Positions 1 through 12,760 of a DNA stretch of 64,000 nt are shown here, piece after piece; position 1 is the stretch's first letter, and the number at the start of each line of letters is the position of its first letter. The position numbers and the translations under genes are program-made. Below the pieces are notes generated by a model. That model saw nothing but the letters and a program-made list of their open reading frames with translations, did no database searches and was not told the origin of the DNA. This DNA is from an uncultured Actinomycetota bacterium. GTDB lineage: Bacteria > Actinomycetota > Actinomycetes > JAFAQI01. Location: positions 71,506-135,505 of the forward strand of contig CAWIFV010000004.1 in the NCBI GenBank assembly GCA_963835405.1, read 5' to 3'.

Positions 1-1
1 G

Positions 2-805
2 ACCGCCGAACCCACGCTGACCATCGACAGCACGACCGCCTGCGTCGTCACCGACGTCAACCGCTCGTCGTGCACCGCCTCGGACCCCCGGTCCCCGGCG
101 CGGGGCAAGCTCTTCGGCGGGGACCGGATCGTCGCGGTCGACGGCCAGCCGGTGAGCGACTACGCCACGATGGTCGCCACGCTGCAGCACAGCGCGGGGG
201 AGCAGGTGACCCTCACGGTGGTCCGGGACGGCAGCCGGGTCCAGGTCCCTCTCACCCCGGTCGCGGTGCGGCGGGACGGGCAGGAGGTCGGCAAGGTCGG
301 CTTCTACCCCCGGGTGGAGCCGGAGCAGGTGGGTGTCGCCGCCGCGGTGCCGCGCACGTTCAGCACTCTCGGCACCTTCTTCACCTCGACCGTCACGGCG
401 CTCGGCGACCTGCCGCACCAGGTGTCGGTGATCCTCAAGGGCGAGCCGCGCGAGAACGGCGCGGCGAGCGTCGTCGACATCGCCCGGATCAGCGGGCAGA
501 TCGCACAGGCCCACGTGTCTCTGGGTGCCCGCGTCGCGAACCTCATGCTGATCGTGGCCCAGGTCAACTTCTTCGTGGGGCTGTTCAACCTGCTCCCGCT
601 GCTCCCCCTCGACGGCGGGCACATCGCCATCGTCGGCTACGAGAGCGGCCGCCGGCGGGTGTACAGCTGGTTCCACCGGCCCGACCCGGGCCGCGTCGAC
701 CTGCTCAAGATCATGCCGGTCACCTACGCTGTGGTTGCCCTGTTCATCGGGCTGTCGCTGCTGCTGATCTACGCCGGCATCGTCAACCCGATCACGATCC
801 AGTGA
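2..805 (+). CDS. rseP: Site-2 (M50, RseP/Rip1-like) membrane zinc metalloprotease, C-terminal part; the 5' end lies upstream of the window
   Basis: The frame is open from base 2. It has a PDZ-like [12 protein letters not shown] and a hydrophobic tail with [12 protein letters not shown]. It sits directly upstream of ispG, as is usual in actinobacteria. Confidence 0.8.
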   Translation, partial: TAEPTLTIDSTTACVVTDVNRSSCTASDPRSPARGKLFGGDRIVAVDGQPVSDYATMVATLQHSAGEQVTLTVVRDGSRVQVPLTPVAVRRDGQEVGKVGFYPRVEPEQVGVAAAVPRTFSTLGTFFTSTVTALGDLPHQVSVILKGEPRENGAASVVDIARISGQIAQAHVSLGARVANLMLIVAQVNFFVGLFNLLPLLPLDGGHIAIVGYESGRRRVYSWFHRPDPGRVDLLKIMPVTYAVVALFIGLSLLLIYAGIVNPITIQ

Positions 806-836
806 GAGCGGTGACCGTCGTGTCGGAGGTTCGCGG

Positions 837-1994
837 ATGACCGCCGTCGACCTCGGGATCCCGGAGCTGCCTCCACCCTCGCTCGCACCCCGGCGGCTGA
901 GCCGGCAGATCGACGTCGGCGGCGTCAAGGTGGGGGGCGACGCACCCGTCAGCGTCCAGTCGATGACCACCACGCCGACGACCGACGTCAACGCCACGCT
1001 GCAGCAGATCGCCGAGCTGACCGCCTCGGGGTGCCAGATCGTGCGCGTCGCCTGCCCCAGCCAGGACGACGCCGAGGCGTTGCCGGAGATCGCGAAGCAC
1101 TCCCAGATCCCGGTCATCGCCGACATCCACTTCCAGCCGAAGTACGTCTTCGCCGCGATCGACGCCGGATGCGCGGCCGTGCGCGTCAACCCCGGCAACA
1201 TCAAGCAGTTCGACGACAAGGTGAAGGAGATCGCGCGGGCGGCCGCCGATGCCGGCACGCCCATCCGGATCGGCGTCAACGCGGGCTCGCTCGACAAGCG
1301 GCTGCTGGACAAGTACGGCAAGGCGACCGCGGAGGCGCTCGTCGAGAGCGCGCTGTGGGAGTGCTCGCTGTTCGAGGAGCACGGCTTCCGCGACATCAAG
1401 ATCTCGGTGAAGCACCACGACCCGGTGGTGATGATCCAGGCCTACCGGCTGCTGGCCGAGCGCTGCGACTACCCGCTGCACCTCGGTGTCACGGAGGCCG
1501 GCCCGGCCTTCCAGGGCACCGTCAAGTCGGCGGTGGCGTTCGGGGCGCTGCTGGCGGAGGGCATCGGCGACACCATCCGCGTGTCCCTCTCGGCACCTCC
1601 GGTCGAGGAGGTCAAGGTCGGCATCGCGATCCTGGAGTCGCTCGGCCTGCGCCAGCGCCGGCTCGAGATCGTCTCGTGCCCGTCGTGCGGGCGGGCCCAG
1701 GTCGACGTCTACTCGCTCGCGGACAAGGTCCAGGCCGGCCTCGAGGGCATGACCGTGCCGCTCCGGGTCGCCGTCATGGGGTGCGTCGTCAACGGCCCCG
1801 GCGAGGCGCGCGAGGCCGACCTCGGTGTGGCGTCGGGCAACGGGAAGGGTCAGATCTTCGTCAAGGGGGAGGTCATCAAGACCGTGCCCGAGGCGCAGAT
1901 CGTCGAGACCCTCGTCGAGGAGGCGATGCGCATCGCCGACGAGATGGAGAGCGCCGGCGCCGCCTCCGGCGAGCCGTCCGTCTCGGTCTCCTGA
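837..1994 (+). CDS. ispG: 4-hydroxy-3-methylbut-2-enyl diphosphate synthase (GcpE/IspG)
   Basis: Intact 385-aa ORF with [15 protein letters not shown] and the SCPSCGR Fe-S cysteines. Confidence 0.95.
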   Translation: MTAVDLGIPELPPPSLAPRRLSRQIDVGGVKVGGDAPVSVQSMTTTPTTDVNATLQQIAELTASGCQIVRVACPSQDDAEALPEIAKHSQIPVIADIHFQPKYVFAAIDAGCAAVRVNPGNIKQFDDKVKEIARAAADAGTPIRIGVNAGSLDKRLLDKYGKATAEALVESALWECSLFEEHGFRDIKISVKHHDPVVMIQAYRLLAERCDYPLHLGVTEAGPAFQGTVKSAVAFGALLAEGIGDTIRVSLSAPPVEEVKVGIAILESLGLRQRRLEIVSCPSCGRAQVDVYSLADKVQAGLEGMTVPLRVAVMGCVVNGPGEAREADLGVASGNGKGQIFVKGEVIKTVPEAQIVETLVEEAMRIADEMESAGAASGEPSVSVS

Positions 1995-2035
1995 CGGACC
2001 GTGGCCGCGGGGCGAGAGCCGGGGGGCGGGCGGCG

Positions 2036-2878
2036 ATGCTGAGGACCGCGCCGGTCCGGGTGCTCGACGACCGCGACCTCCCGGCCGTGCTGGAGGTGCT
2101 GAACCGCGACCCCGTCGCCAACGTCTTCGTCCAGTCGCGGGTCGAGGCGGTCGGGCTGCAGCCCTGGCGGCTCGCCGCCGAGATGTGGGGGCACTACGCC
2201 GACGGTCGGCTCACCGGGCTCTGCTACGCCGGCGCCAACCTCGTCCCCGTCGCGGGTGACGTGCGGGCGCTGCGCGGGTTCGCCGACCGGGCCCGGCGCC
2301 AGGGCCGGCGCTGCTCGTCGATCGTCGGCCCGGCCGACCTCGTGGGGCCGCTCTGGACGGCCCTGGAGGAGGCATGGGGCCCGGCGCGCGACGTGCGTCC
2401 GTGCCAGCCGCTGATGGTGGCCGACACCGCCCCCGCCGTGGCTCCGGACCCCGGCGTACGGCGGGTCGAGCCGGAGGAGATCGACGTGCTGCTGCCGGCC
2501 AGCGTCGCCATGTTCACCGAGGAGGTCGGGGTCTCCCCGGTCGCCGGCGACGGCGGCGCGCTCTACCGGGCGCGGGTGTCCGAGCTGGTGCACGCCCGGC
2601 GCTCCTTCGCCCGGATCGAGGCCGGTCGGGTGCTGTTCAAGGCAGAGGTCGGCGCGGTGACCGCCGCGGCCTGCCAGATCCAGGGCGTGTGGGTCGACCC
2701 CGCCCTGCGCGGCCAGGGGCTGTCGGTCCACGGCATGGCCGCGGTCGTCGCGGAGTGCCTCGACTCGGTGGCCCCCGCGGTGAGCCTCTACGTCAACGAC
2801 TTCAACGCCCCGGCCCGCCGCGCCTACGAGCGCGTCGGCTTCCGCGACGTGGGTTCTTTCATGTCCGTCCTGTTCTGA
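2036..2878 (+). CDS. GNAT family N-acetyltransferase
   Basis: ATG at 2036 lies in frame within ORF 1031..2878. The C-terminal acetyl-CoA fold reads QGVWVDPALRGQGLS ... AYERVGFRD. Confidence 0.7.
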   Translation: MLRTAPVRVLDDRDLPAVLEVLNRDPVANVFVQSRVEAVGLQPWRLAAEMWGHYADGRLTGLCYAGANLVPVAGDVRALRGFADRARRQGRRCSSIVGPADLVGPLWTALEEAWGPARDVRPCQPLMVADTAPAVAPDPGVRRVEPEEIDVLLPASVAMFTEEVGVSPVAGDGGALYRARVSELVHARRSFARIEAGRVLFKAEVGAVTAAACQIQGVWVDPALRGQGLSVHGMAAVVAECLDSVAPAVSLYVNDFNAPARRAYERVGFRDVGSFMSVLF

Positions 2879-2990
2879 CCGGGTCCCCACCAGCGCTCCA
2901 TAACGATCAGGTCGCGGCGGCCCTCGATCGTTGCCGGATCGTCCTGGTTCGGATTGACTGCGCCCTGACATCCGATCGGGAGGAGCTTCC

Positions 2991-4605
2991 ATGCAGAAGG
3001 CACACAGGCGTGCCGGTATCGCCGTGGCGGCAGCGGGCGTGCTGCTCGCGACCGCGGCTTGCGGGGGCAGCAGCAGTGGCGGCGGCGGCACCAACAACGC
3101 CGGTGGGGGCGACCAGACCATCATCTGGGGGAGCACCGACAAGCCGGTGTCCTACGACCCGGCCAAGGCCTACGACCTGCCCAGCTGGAACGTGATCTAC
3201 AACGTCTACCAGACCCTCGTGCGGGTCAACCCGGACACGCTCAAGACCGAGCCCGACGCCGCCGAGTCCTGCGACCCGTCGAAGGACTTCAAGACCTGGA
3301 CGTGCACGCTCAAGGCCGGGCTGACGTTCTCCAACGGCGACCCGGTGACGGCGCAGGACGTGAAGTTCTCCTTCGACCGCCTGATCAAGATCAACGACCC
3401 GAGCGGGCCCGTCCGGCCTGCTCGCGGCGATGGATCAAGACCGAGGCGACCGACGACAAGACGGTCGTCTTCCACCTCAGCTCGCCCAACGCGCTGTGGG
3501 ACTACATCATCTCCACCGGTGCCGGCGCGATCGTCGACTCCAAGGTGTTCCCGGCGACAAGGTCCTCGGCGCGACGACAAGATCGTCGGCTCCGGGCCCT
3601 ACAAGCTGGAGAGCTACCAGCCGCAACCAGACGGCGCAGTTCGTGCCCGAACGACAAGTACGGCGGGCGACCTGCAGCTCAGCCAACGGCGGTCTGGTGA
3701 TCAAGTACTACCAGAACGAGAACGCGCTGAAGCTCGACGTCGCAGGCGGGCAAGGTCGACGTCGCCTACCGGAGCCTCAGCCCCGACGGCGCTGCAAGGA
3801 CCTGCGCGGCAAGCAGCGGCCTCCAGAGCGTCGACGGCCCCGGCGGCGCGATCCGCTACCTGGTCTTCAACCTGAAGACGATGCCCGGGCGACAGCGACG
3901 CGCAGAAGCTGGCGATCCGGCGTGCGGCGGCGTACCTGATCGACCGCGACTCGATCGCGAAGAACGTCTACGAGGGCACCGTCGACCCGCTCTACTCGAT
4001 GGTGCCGGAGGGCCTGGACGGGCACGAGGACGTCTACAAGGACGAGTTCGGCGCATCGCCGGGACAAGGCCAAGGCGGAGAAGGAGCTCAAGGACGCCGG
4101 GGTGCAGACGCCGGTCAAGCTGCAGATCTGGTGGACGCCGACGCCACTACGGCGACGCTGTCCGGCGACGAGTACACCGAGATCAAGCGGCCAGCTCGAG
4201 GACAGCGGCCTGTTCAAGGTCGACCTGCAGTCGACGGAGTGGGAGCAGTACACCGGCAACTGCCTCGACCGACAAGTGCCCGGCCTACCAGCTCGGCTGG
4301 TTCCCGGACTACCCGGACACCGACGACTACGTCGGCGTCGTTCTACAGGTCGACGTCGTTCCTCAACGACCACTACGACAACGCCGAGGTCGACCGTCTC
4401 ATCGAGCAGGAGCAGGGCAGCACGGACGCGGCCGAGCGGACGGACGATCTTCAAGCAGATCCAGGAGAAGACCGTCGCCGACGCGCCGGTGATCCCGGTC
4501 TGGCAGGGCAAGCAGATCGCGGTGGTCAAGAACGGCGTCACGGGCATCGAGGACACCCTGAAGCCGGACTACATCTTCCGGTTCTGGGTGCTCGGCAAGT
4601 CCTGA
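2991..4605 (+). pseudogene. ABC transporter substrate-binding protein, family 5 (peptide/nickel), lipoprotein; many frameshifts as sequenced
   Basis: Lipobox LLATAACGG, then IIWGSTDKPVSYDPAKAYDLPSWNVIYNVYQTLV. After about 3415 the recognisable sequence jumps among all three frames (WIKTEATDDKTVVFHL, DKIVGSGPYKLESYQP, GGLVIKYYQNENALKLDV, AIRYLVFNLKTMPG, PVIPVWQGKQIAVVKNGVTGIEDT). The stop is at 4605. Confidence 0.75.
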
Positions 4606-4684
4606 GTCGGATGCGGGTCGGCGCCGGTGACCGCCGGCACCGACCCGTCCGCGCCCATGCCCCAGGAGACAGCTCGCCACTTCG

Positions 4685-5739
4685 ATGGCCCGCTGCGAGT
4701 CGGATCGTTGCCGCGCTACGCTCTGACGCGGTTGCTGCTCGTCATCCCGATGGTGGTGGATCCTGCTCACCGTCGTCTTCGTGCTCATGCGGGTGGCTCC
4801 GGGTGACCCGGTCCAGGCGGCGCTGGGTGGCCGGCAGCGCCGCAGTCGGTCATCGAGCAGAAGCGGCACGAGCTCGGGTTCGACAAGCCGCTGATCGTGC
4901 AGTACGGCGACTACCTCAAGCGGCGTCGCTGCACGGCAACTTCGGCGAGGTCGACGAGCTCCAACACGACAGTCGATCGACGTGCTCACGCACGAGGGGG
5001 CGGCGACGCTCGAGCTGACGCTCTCCGCCCTGCTCTTCGCGCTCGTCCTGGGTCTGGGCGTCGGCGTGCTGATCGGCCGGTTCCGGGACACCCCGCTCGA
5101 CGTCGGCCGGGCGGTTGTTCGGCATCCTCACCTACGCCGCGCCGGTGTTCTGCGTCGGGCATCCTGTTCCAGCTGCTGTTCGTCGCGCAAGCTCGGCTGG
5201 CTGCCCGGCTCCGGCCAGGCCGACGTGCTCCAGGACCTGCGGCTCGCCAGGACCCGCACACCAACATCTATCCTCGTCGACGCGGTCATCAACGGCGACT
5301 GGGACGCGCTTCCGCAACGTGCTGCGTGCACCTCGTCCTGCCGGCGCTGACCCTCGGGCTGCTGCTCTGCGGCGTCTTCATCCGGCTGGTGCGCGTCAAC
5401 GTCATCCAGACGCTGAAGCACGACTACATCGAGGCGGCGCGGGCCCGCGGCGTCAGCGAGCGCCGGGTCGTCGCTCCGGCACGCGTTCCGCAACGCGCTG
5501 GTGCCCGGTCGTCACCGTCATGGGGCTGCAGGCCGCGCTGCTGCTGTCCGGCGCGGTGCTGACGGAGAAGACGTTCAACTGGCCCGGCATCGGCCACGCG
5601 CTCATCCACTACCTCAACAACCGCGACTACGTCGATGGTGCAGGGCATCGTCACCGTGTTCGCGCTGATCGTCGTGGTCGTCAGCCTGCTGATCGACTTC
5701 GTCACCGCGCTCATCGACCCGCGGGTGCGGTACTGGTGA
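4685..5739 (+). pseudogene. ABC transporter permease (DppB/OppB-like), multiply frameshifted; start uncertain
   Basis: Fragments RYALTRLLLVIPMV, RHELGFDKPLIVQYGDYL, DYIEAARARGVSERRVV, LLLSGAVLTEKTFNWPGIGHALI and FALIVVVVSLLIDFVTALIDPRVRYW-stop (5737-5739) are spread over three frames. Confidence 0.65.
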
Positions 5740-5749
5740 CCGCGAGTTC

Positions 5750-6784
5750 GTGGCTCCGAGCCGCCTCCGCGACCCGCGGCGCTCCCGACGCGCCGCGGCG
5801 CGGCTCGCCGGCCTGCGCCGCGTCCTCGCGCCCGGTCGGCGAGGCGCGCGGCCTGCCCGAAGTGGGTGCTCTACATCGGGCTCGCGCTCGTGCTGCGTCT
5901 TCGTCGTCTTCGCCATCTTCGCGCCGTTGATCTCGCCGTACGGCTTCGACCAGTACCGCGACGCCGCGGGCGACCGCTTCCCGAAGCGGGCGCCGCCGTC
6001 CGGCGAGCACTGGCTCGGCACCAACATCATGCCGACGGACGTGTTCAGCCACATCGTCTACGGCTCGCGCACCGCGCTCGAGGTCATCGTCCATCGCGGT
6101 GGTCGTGTCGTTGCTGCGTCGGCGTCCCGCTCGGACTGTTCTCCGGCTACTACGGCGGCCCGCTCGACCGGGTGCTCGTGCTCGTCATGGACGCGATGTT
6201 CGCCTTCCCCTCGCTGCTGCTCGCGATCCTCATCGCGTTCCTGCTGCGCGGGAAGTTCGACTTCCTCGGGGCGAGCTTCAGCGGGATCATGTCGGCCGCG
6301 ATATCGATCACCGTCATCTACATCCCGCAGTACTTCCGCGTCATCCGCAACAGCGTCATCAGCGTGCGCGAGGAGCCCTACGTCGAGGCCGCGCGGGTGC
6401 TGGGCGCCGAAGCCGCGGACCATCATCGGCCGCTACGTGTTCGGCAACGTCATCCAGAACGTCCCGGTCATCGCCACGCTTGAACGCCGCCGACGCCCTG
6501 CTCACCCTGGCCGGCCTCGGTTTCCTCGGGTACGGCGTGCAGCCCACCGAGGCGGCCGAGTGGGGCTACGACCTGCAGCGTGCGCTGGGCGAGGCGAGCG
6601 GCGGCATCTGGTGGACGTCGGTCTTCCCGGGCCTGGCGATCGTGCTGCTGGTCACCGGCCTGACTCTCGTCGGGCGAGAGCCTCAACGACCTGCTCAACC
6701 CGGTGCTCCGCCGCCGCCAGCTGCTGCCCGGTCGACCCCGCCGCGATGCGAGCCGACGAGGAGGCCGTCGATGTCGCTCAGTGA
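5750..6784 (+). pseudogene. ABC transporter permease (DppC/OppC-like), multiply frameshifted
   Basis: Fragments VFVVFAIFAPLISPYGFDQY, GEHWLGTNIMPTDVFSHIVYGSRTALEV, GGPLDRVLVLVMDAMFAFPSLLLAILIAF, EEPYVEAARVLGA and LTLAGLGFLGYGVQPTEAAEWGYDL lie in different frames. Confidence 0.65.
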
Positions 6785-7834
6785 CGGCCCGCTGCCGCAG
6801 CCCTCGGCGTCCGACCCCGTCCTGTCGGTCCGTGACCTGAAGGTCTGGTACGGCACCGCCCGCGGAGCGGTGCGCGCCGTCGACGGCGTCACCTTCGACC
6901 TGCGCCGCGGCGAGACGCTCGGCCTGGTGGGGGAGTCCGGCTGCGGCAAGTCGACGCTCGGCCGCGGCGTCCTCGGCCTGCTGCCGGACGCGGCGAAGAC
7001 GACCGGGCAGGTGCTGTTCCAGGGCAACGACCTCGTCACCATGTCGCGCCGCCGGCTGCGCGCGCTGCGGGGCCCGGACCTCGGGCTGATCTTCCAGGAG
7101 CCGATGACCCGGCTCAACCCGCTCATGCGGATCTCGGACCACTTCCTCGAGACGCTGCGGCGCGCACCACCCGGAGCTGTCCAAGGAGCAGATGCGCCGG
7201 CGGGCGATCGACGCGCTCGGCGCGATGGGGATCCCGCCCACGCGATTCACGCAACTACCCGCACGAGTTCTCCGGCGGCATGCGGCAGCGCATCATGATC
7301 GCGCTCGCGCTCGTGCTCAACCCGGCGTTCGTCGTCGCCGACGAGCCGACGACGGCGCTCGACGTGCTCGTCGAGGCGCAGATCCTCGGGATCCTCCAGG
7401 ACATCAAGCGCAACTTCGACACCGCGATCCTGCTCATCACCCACAACCTCGGCATCATCGCCGAGGCGTGCGACCGGGTGGCGGTGATGTACGCCGGCCG
7501 GATCGCCGAGCAGGGCGACGCCCGGGCGTCGTTCGCGAGCCCGGCACACCCCTACACCCGCGAGCTCCTCGCCTCGACGATCAGCCTGTCGACGACCGAG
7601 CTGCACTACATCCCCGGTGCGCCGCCCGACCTGGTCGACCCGCCGTCCGGCTGCCGGTTCCACCCCCGCTGCCCGGACGCGATGCGGGTCTGCCCGACGC
7701 CGGCACCCGCCGACGGTGCAACCGAGCTCGGCCAGCAGGTCGACTGCTGGCTGCACGGTCCGGCCGACCAGATCCCGGCCGGGCGGGACGAGCCGCTCGA
7801 GCGGGAGGAGATCGGCGTTGCCGACGAAGCCTGA
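6771..7834 (+). pseudogene. ABC transporter ATP-binding protein (DppD/OppD-like), two frameshifts near 7150-7260
   Basis: Walker [10 protein letters not shown], signature FSGGMRQR, Walker B VVADEPTTALD, and the oligopeptide C-terminal motif GCRFHPRCP. The N-terminal, middle and C-terminal parts are in frames 0, 1 and 2. Confidence 0.8.
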
Positions 7835-9165
7835 GACCGGACGCCTGGTCGCCGGACGACCGAGGAGCCGCTGCTCGAGCGTCGACGACCTGCAGGTGCA
7901 CTTCGCGCTGCGCGGCGGTTGCTGCGAGCGGTTCACCGGCGCAGCCAGCGGCGCGGTCAAGGCCGTCGACGGTGTGTCGTTCCAGCTGCGCCGCGGGCGA
8001 GGTGCTCGGCGTCGTCGGCGAGTCGGGCAGCGGCAAGACGACGCTCGGCCGGGCGATCCTGCGCAGCGTCGCAGCCACCGCGCGGCCGGATCCGGCTCGG
8101 CGGCGGCGACATCACCGACCTGTCCGAGTCGGAGCTGCGTCCGCTGCGGCGGCGGATGCAGATGGTGTTCCAGGACCCGAACGCCTCGCTCAACCCGGCG
8201 ATGGACATGCTGACCGCGATCGGCCACCCGCTGCGGATCCACGGCGTCGCCCAGCGACGAGGGCGAGCTCCGAGCGCGGGTCTCGCGCGGCGCTCGAGCG
8301 GGTCGGCCTGTCCCCGGCCGAACAGTTCCTGCGCAAGTACCCCGGCGACCTGTCCGGCGGGCAGAAGCAGCGGGCGGTCATCGCCCGCGCGATCATCCTC
8401 GGGCCGGAGCTGCTCGTCGCCGACGAGCCGGTGTCGATGCTCGACATGAGCGTGCGGGCGAAGATCCTCGAGCTGATGATCGACCTGAAGAACGACCTGG
8501 GGCTGACCTACGTCTACATCACCCACGACCTGGCGACCGCCAAGTTCTTCTGCGACACCATCGCGATCATGTACCTCGGCCGGATCGTCGAGTACGGGCC
8601 GGCGGAGCAGATCTACGCCGACCCCAAGCATCCCTACACGCGGTCGCTGCTCGCGGGCGATCCCGGAGCCCGACCCGGCCAAGAGCGTGCCGCGCGACCT
8701 GCCCCGAGGCGAGGTGCCGGACGCCGCCCGGCCGCCGCTGGGCTGCTCGTTCCACCCGCGCTGCCCCGACGCGTTCGAGATCTGCGGGTGGGAGAGCCGC
8801 GACCTGCGGGACCTGCTCGAGCGGCACTGGCTCGGCGCACCGGGACGAGGACTACGAGCGCGAGCGGCGCATCGTCGGCGACATCGACGCGCTGGACGCG
8901 CCGGCGCTGTCGGCCGACGATCCCGGCCGGCGCCGGGCACTCCGGGGCGGACGTCGAGCAACTGCTCGAGCGGATCCGCGAGGGAGGACACCGCACGAGC
9001 CGTTCTGGACCGGTGTCCGCGACATCCGGCACGGCGAGACCGGGCCGAGGTCGACTTCCGCGACGACTGCGTCGACCCGCCCCTGTACGACGTCGGGCGA
9101 GCCAGGGCGCCGGCGTGCGCTATGCCGCCGGCGCCGTGGCAGCGACGTCGCACCGCCTGCGATAA
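7818..9165 (+). pseudogene. ABC transporter ATP-binding protein (DppF/OppF-like) with a long C-terminal extension, multiply frameshifted; start and end uncertain
   Basis: VDDLQVHFALRGG, Walker A GESGSGKTT, LSGGQKQR, LVADEPVSMLD and GCSFHPRCPDAFEICGW, all in alternating frames. A TAA stop at 9163-9165 closes one of the candidate frames. Confidence 0.7.
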
Positions 9166-9252
9166 ACGGCTCGAGGGCCGCGGGTCCCGCGCGCGAAAAC
9201 GGTTCGGCGCGGACGAGGCGCGTCAGTCAGCCGGGCCGCGTGCGTCACCCGC

Positions 9253-11006
9253 ATGTCGCAGCTGTTCCTGCGCACCCTGCGCGAGGACCCGGCGGACGCC
9301 GAGGTGCCGTCGCACCGGCTGCTGGTCCGCGCCGGGCTACGTCCGCCGGACCGCGCCCGGGCATCTACACCTGGCTGCCGCTCGGCAAGCGCGTCCTCGA
9401 CCGGGTCGCCCAGGTCGTGCGCGAGGAGATGGACCGGATGGGCGCGCCAGGAGGTGCTCTTCCCCGCGCTGCTGCCGCGCGACTACTACGAGACCAGCGG
9501 CCGGTGGACCGAGTACGGCGACAACGTCTTCCGGCTGCACGACCGCAAGGGCGCCGACTACATGCTCGGCCCGACGCACGAGGAGCTGTTCACCACCCTC
9601 GTGAAGGGCGAGTACTCGTCCTACCGCGACTTCCCGGTGACGCTCTACCAGATCCAGACGAAGTACCGCGACGAGGCGCGGCCCCGCGCCGGGCTGCTGC
9701 GCGGCCGCGAGTTCGTCATGAAGGACTCCTACTCCTTCGACCTCGACGACGACGGGCTGCAGGCGTCGTACGACGCGCACCGCGTGGCCTACCGGCGCAT
9801 CTTCGACCGGCTCGGGCTCGACTACCGCATCGCCTTCGCCGTCTCCGGCGCGATGGGCGGGTCGGCGAGCGAGGAGTTCCTGGCGCCCGCCGAGCACGGC
9901 GAGGACACGTTCGTGCAGTGCACGTCCTGCGACTACACCGCCAACACCGAGGCGGTGGAGATCGCGGCACGCCCGGCCGCGAGCGGACCCGTCGGCGCAT
10001 CCGGCGGTCCCGGGTGCTCGACACGCCGGACGACGCCGACCATCGAGACGCTGGTCGACCGGCTCAACGCGATGGACGCGTGGCCGACCGGGGGGAGCAC
10101 GTTCACCGCCGCCGACACGCTGAAGAACGTCGTGCTCAAGACCCGGCAGCCGGGCGCGAAGGACGTGGCGAGCTGCTGGTCGTCGGCGTGCCCGGCGACC
10201 GCGAGGTCGACCTCAAGCGGATCGCCGGCCAGCTCGAGCCGGTCGGAGGTCGCGCAGGCCGACGCCGACGACCTGGCGCAGGAGCCCCGGCTGGTCCGCG
10301 GCTACATCGGCCCGCAGCTGCTCGCCGAGGTCGGTGTCCGCTACCTCGTCGACCCGCTCGTCGTGCCCGGCAGCGGCTGGGTCACCGGTGCCAACGAGGT
10401 GGACAAGCACGCCGCCGACGTCGTCCGTGGCCGCGACTTCGAGCCGGCCGGCGAGCTCGGCGCGGTCGAGATCCGGGACGGCGACCGGTGCGCCCGGCTG
10501 CGGCTCGGCCCTCGAGATCGCCCGCGGCATCGAGATCGGGCACATCTTCCAGCTGGGCCGCAAGTACGCCGACGCCTTCGGGCTGGACGCGCCAGGGCCC
10601 GGACGGCGAGCCGATCCGCATCACCATGGGCTCCTACGGCATCGGCGTCTCGCGCGCGGTCGCCGCGATCGCCGAGCAGACCGGCGATGCCGCCGGGCTG
10701 TGCTGGCCCGCCGTCCGTCGCGCCGTACGACGTCCACGTCGTCCCGGTCGGCAAGAGCGACGAGCAGCGGGCAGGCGGCGGAGCGGATCGCCGACCGACC
10801 TCGACGCGGCCGGGCGGCGGGTGCTGCTCGACGACCGGGCCGCGTCGCCGGGGGAGAAGTTCGCCGACGCCGACCTGCTCGGCATGCCGACGATCGTGGT
10901 CGTCGGCAAGGCGCTCGCCGACGGCGAGGTCGAGGTGAAGGACCGGCGCAGCGGCGAGCGGCGCAGGGTGCCGGTCGGTGCCGTCGTGGCCGAGCTCGGC
11001 TCGTGA
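9253..11006 (+). pseudogene. proS: Proline--tRNA ligase, frameshifted about 8 times as sequenced (essential gene, so the breaks are probably sequence errors)
   Basis: [77 protein letters not shown] and [20 protein letters not shown] are distributed over three frames. Confidence 0.85.
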
Positions 11007-11710
11007 TCGAGGCGGTCCTCTTCGACTGGGGTGGCACCCTCACGACGTTCCACTCGGTCGACCTCATCGACGCGTGGCAGGTCGCGGCCGAGGTGCTCGC
11101 ACCGGACCGCGCCGACGAGCTCGCCGCCGCTCTGCTCGCCGCCGAGCGCGAGGTCTGGGACCGGACCCGCTCGACGTTGCGCAGCGCCACCACGCACGAG
11201 GTCCTGCAGGCGGCGAGCGCGGCGGTCGGGCTGCCCGTGGAGGAGACCGTGCACGCGAAGGCGGTGGAGTCCTACCTCAGCCACTGGGCGCCCACCAGCC
11301 ACGCCCGACCCGACGCCCGGCGGGTGCTGCACGCGCTGCGTGACCGGGGGCTGCGCACCGGCCTCCTGTCCAACACCCACTGGCCGCGGCGCCAGCACGA
11401 GGAGTGGCTCGCCCGCGACGGGCTGCTCGACCTGCTCGACGCCCGCGTCTACACGAGCGACCTCGACTTCGTGAAGCCGCATCCAGCGGCGTTCGCGGCG
11501 GTCCTCAACGACGTCGGGGTGGACCCGGAGCGGGCGGTGTTCGTGGGCGACCGGCTCTGGGACGACATCCGCGGGGCCAAGTCGATCGGCATGCGTGCGG
11601 TCTGGATCCGCAATGACGCGGTGCCCGGCTACGACATCGAGCCGGACGCGACCGTGGACGAGCTCGCCGAGCTCGTCGGCGTCGTCGACGGTTGGCTCGG
11701 CGCCGGCTGA
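11003..11710 (+). CDS. HAD-superfamily hydrolase
   Basis: The GTG at 11003 overlaps the proS stop (GTGA). Motifs [13 protein letters not shown] and [13 protein letters not shown] are present. The ORF is intact. Confidence 0.75.
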   Translation: MIEAVLFDWGGTLTTFHSVDLIDAWQVAAEVLAPDRADELAAALLAAEREVWDRTRSTLRSATTHEVLQAASAAVGLPVEETVHAKAVESYLSHWAPTSHARPDARRVLHALRDRGLRTGLLSNTHWPRRQHEEWLARDGLLDLLDARVYTSDLDFVKPHPAAFAAVLNDVGVDPERAVFVGDRLWDDIRGAKSIGMRAVWIRNDAVPGYDIEPDATVDELAELVGVVDGWLGAG

Positions 11711-11714
11711 CCCG

Positions 11715-12643
11715 TCACGGCCGGCCGGGCAGCGCCGGCGACGCCCCCGTCCCGGCCGCGACCCGCCAGCGTGCCGCCCAGGTCGCCGCGGCCGCCAGCG
11801 CGTCGACGCCGAGGCGGCGGGCCGGACTCCCGGCCGCGGCTGCGGCCACGAGGTCCCACTGCGCGCCGGTGACCGCCTCCTCCAGCCGGATCGCCAGCGC
11901 CAGCGCGTCATCCCGGCCCGCGATCGGTGCGGGCAGCACGTACGCCGGCTCCGGGGCGGCCGGCGTCGCTCCGGCGGTCCGCACCAGCGCCGTCACCGCG
12001 TCCCGCAGGCGGGCGTGCTCGTCGAGCCGGTGCCGGCACTGCTCGCGCAGCCGGCCGGGCAGGTGCGCGCCGACCACGCCGTACCCGTAGCCGACCTGGT
12101 GCTCGATCCGCAGGGCGGCCAGCAGCGCCTCGACGGCGCTCATCGGAGCGCCGGCCCGGCGCGCTGCGTGCGCGGCGGCAACGCTCGCGAGGGTGGCTGC
12201 GACCGGCCGGACCGGGCCGTCACGGCCGCCGCCTGCAGCGGTGCGACGCTCGCGTGCTCCCGCGTCGCCACCTCCGCCTCCGAGGGCGGCGAGGGCGGCG
12301 GGGAGGCCGACGGGGCCGCCCCGCCGGGCCTCGGTGTCCCCGCGAGCCGGTCCACCGCCTGCAGGTGCTCGGCGTGCGCGGCCCTGGCCGTGGCGAGCCG
12401 GGCCGCGGCCGCCGGGCGGGCCGCGAGGATCGCGGCGTCGTAGGACGCCAGCAGCGCCAGCTCCGAGCGCCGGGCGGCGGCCAGGGCGGCGGCGTCGGCG
12501 GGTTCGCCGGCCGCCTGCCGGTCGCGGTGCCGGCAGGCGACGACGGTGAGCACCAGGCCCCCGGTCAGCACGGCGCGCCGGCTCAGCACCGGCCCGGGCG
12601 CCGGGACCGGGCCGCCGGCGGGCGTCCGGCCCGGGCGTCGCAT
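11715..12643 (-). pseudogene. Ferritin-like DUF4439 protein with a Tat/lipoprotein-type signal; one frameshift near 12220
   Basis: The N-terminal part [24 protein letters not shown] and the first half lie in ORF 12140..12664(-). The second half (ALLAALRIEHQVGYGYGVVGAHL ... LEEAVTGAQWDLV) lies in ORF 11715..12770(-). Confidence 0.55.
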
Positions 12644-12760
12644 CGGTGCGCATCCTCTCACCACCGGCCCCGGTAGGCTTCCACAGCAGCAGGCATACCG
12701 CCGGAGCGGCTCGGGCTCGGCCCGCCGCGGGCGGACAAGAGAAGAGCGGGAGGTGTGGTC

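Noticed and set aside
70-840. A 256-aa plus-strand ORF overlapping the rseP 3' part in another frame.
   Set aside because: Its translation is Arg/Pro/Gly-rich and low-complexity. The overlapping frame (2..805) has clear PDZ and M50 motifs.
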